Positions 16,125 through 17,032 of a DNA stretch of 17,032 bases are shown one piece after another. Source of the DNA: Bacteriovoracia bacterium (GTDB lineage Bacteria; Bdellovibrionota; Bacteriovoracia; Bacteriovoracales; Bacteriovoracaceae); NCBI GenBank assembly GCA_046570105.1, contig JBKHVI010000055.1, forward strand, positions 1-17,032, written 5' to 3'. A model generated the notes under the pieces. The model was not told where the DNA came from, made no database searches, and worked only from the letters and a program-made list of their open reading frames with translations. Each line of letters opens with the position of its first letter. The first letter of the stretch is position 1. The position numbers were made by a program, and so were the translations under genes.

Positions 16125-16571
16125 TTAAGGGGTTAGCTGACACTCAGCGCTGACGGTATCACCCCAGTGGTCCTCGACATAAGTCATGATGAAGATGGCA
16201 GTGAAGTTTTTCTGAGCGCTTAAAATATCTTTATGAGCAATGATGACATCGACGATACCAAAAAACTTCTGTGAGATATTAGGAAATTTCGCATGGCCTT
16301 GATAAACGCGTGGGCGATAATTTTGGCGGTTAGGGACTTCGGTGATGGCGACGGTTTGATTCGTCCAGTCTTCATCGATGACAAATTTGAATTCTCCGCC
16401 TCGTAAAACATAATCGTTCTCACCATTCACAACCAGCTGTGTTTTAAGGTGAAGCTTAGCTGTTCCTAAGTCGGTGTAAATTTCGTTGTCCTGACATTCA
16501 AGCTGATATGATTGCGCTGCCATGGCGAGATTTGAAAAAAGAAGAAGTATGGCAAGTAACATGGTTTTCAT
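16125..16571 (-). CDS. Small secreted hypothetical protein (148 aa)
   Basis: AAGGA RBS before the ATG at 16571. Signal peptide MKTMLLAILLLFSNLAMA. Beta-rich mature part with N- and C-terminal Cys (QLEC...AECQL). The GTG start at 16655 in the ORF track is probably too long. Confidence 0.8.
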   Translation of the reverse strand: MKTMLLAILLLFSNLAMAAQSYQLECQDNEIYTDLGTAKLHLKTQLVVNGENDYVLRGGEFKFVIDEDWTNQTVAITEVPNRQNYRPRVYQGHAKFPNISQKFFGIVDVIIAHKDILSAQKNFTAIFIMTYVEDHWGDTVSAECQLTP

Positions 16572-16671
16572 TAAGGCATCCTTGGTTGTTGAAGATGCTT
16601 TTAGACAAATGCATACGAGTTGACCAGGCTTAGGCGATTCAATAATTAGATACACACTAGATACTAAAATT

Positions 16672-17032
16672 TTACCCGTGGCCTGAACTCATAAAGGCTT
16701 CATCGTAGTTGATGCTTTTTTGAGAGGCGCCTAAAGAGAGGAAATAATCCTCGCACATCTTAAAAGTATCATCCGCACTTTGGGTGGCAAAAATCTTGCC
16801 GCGAAATAAAGCGGCATGAGGAAAACCAGCAGCAAACCAGACGATGAGTTTGCGTGCTTGCACGAGGAGCATACGTTCATCACCAAAAGTTTCGCCGACG
16901 TAGTACCACAGACGCTGAATGACCTCCCAGTAATCCTCTCCGGTAAAATCAGACTTCTTTTTCTGAGCATACTCAGGATCAAGCGACTCTAAAAAGATAA
17001 ACGGATTGCGAAGCGCTCCGCGAGCGATCATG
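16672..17032 (-). CDS. tRNA-dihydrouridine synthase (Dus family, DusB-like), C-terminal part; 5' end is outside the window
   Basis: MIARGALRNPFIF matches the Dus MIGRGAxGNPWIF motif. ARKLIVWFAAGFPHAALFRGKI matches the helical C-terminal RKHxxWYxxGxPGAxxFR motif. Confidence 0.88.
   Translation of the reverse strand, partial: MIARGALRNPFIFLESLDPEYAQKKKSDFTGEDYWEVIQRLWYYVGETFGDERMLLVQARKLIVWFAAGFPHAALFRGKIFATQSADDTFKMCEDYFLSLGASQKSINYDEAFMSSGHG

Noticed and set aside
16609..16627. sigma54 promoter upstream of the 148-aa gene (TGG...TGC on the minus strand)
   Set aside because: GG-to-GC spacing is 11 nt rather than the strictly required 10.
40..16982. Other short ORFs in the track nested in or antisense to the main genes (e.g. 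87-431, 1616-1885, 4057-4341, 6460-6885, 9012-9338, 11782-12120)
   Set aside because: They are fully overlapped by longer well-supported CDSs and have no recognisable motifs or RBS.
4457..17032. Functional clustering of two tRNA-uridine modification genes (tapT and dus)
   Set aside because: They are over 11 kb apart, on opposite strands and separated by unrelated genes; no evidence of co-regulation.

Overview
Chromosomal window, probably from a predatory Bdellovibrionota (Bacteriovoracaceae-like) bacterium; the taxon is inferred from gene content and promoter motifs, not from a search. Housekeeping genes: the 3' part of a class II (B12-dependent) ribonucleotide reductase, a DTW-domain tRNA acp3U transferase, a HotDog acyl-CoA thioesterase and the 3' end of a tRNA-dihydrouridine synthase. 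Between them lie seven exported proteins of unknown function: a beta-propeller lipoprotein coupled to a small outer-membrane beta-barrel, a 1732-aa Cys-rich lipoprotein with a LecA-like segment, a 688-aa helical protein with a low-complexity tail, an 820-aa protein and two small secreted proteins. The 820-aa protein is built like a polymorphic toxin, and its C-terminal HSSFL...SGHYxP domain resembles the plant IQM family. The three large exported genes each have a sigma28/FliA-like promoter, suggesting an attack-phase effector cluster. The 445-nt gap between convergent genes at 2383-2827 is heavily structured and holds a 22-codon ORF, absent from the ORF track, with a good Shine-Dalgarno and an HxHxHxxxCxH motif. 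No rRNA, tRNA, CRISPR array or transposase was seen.
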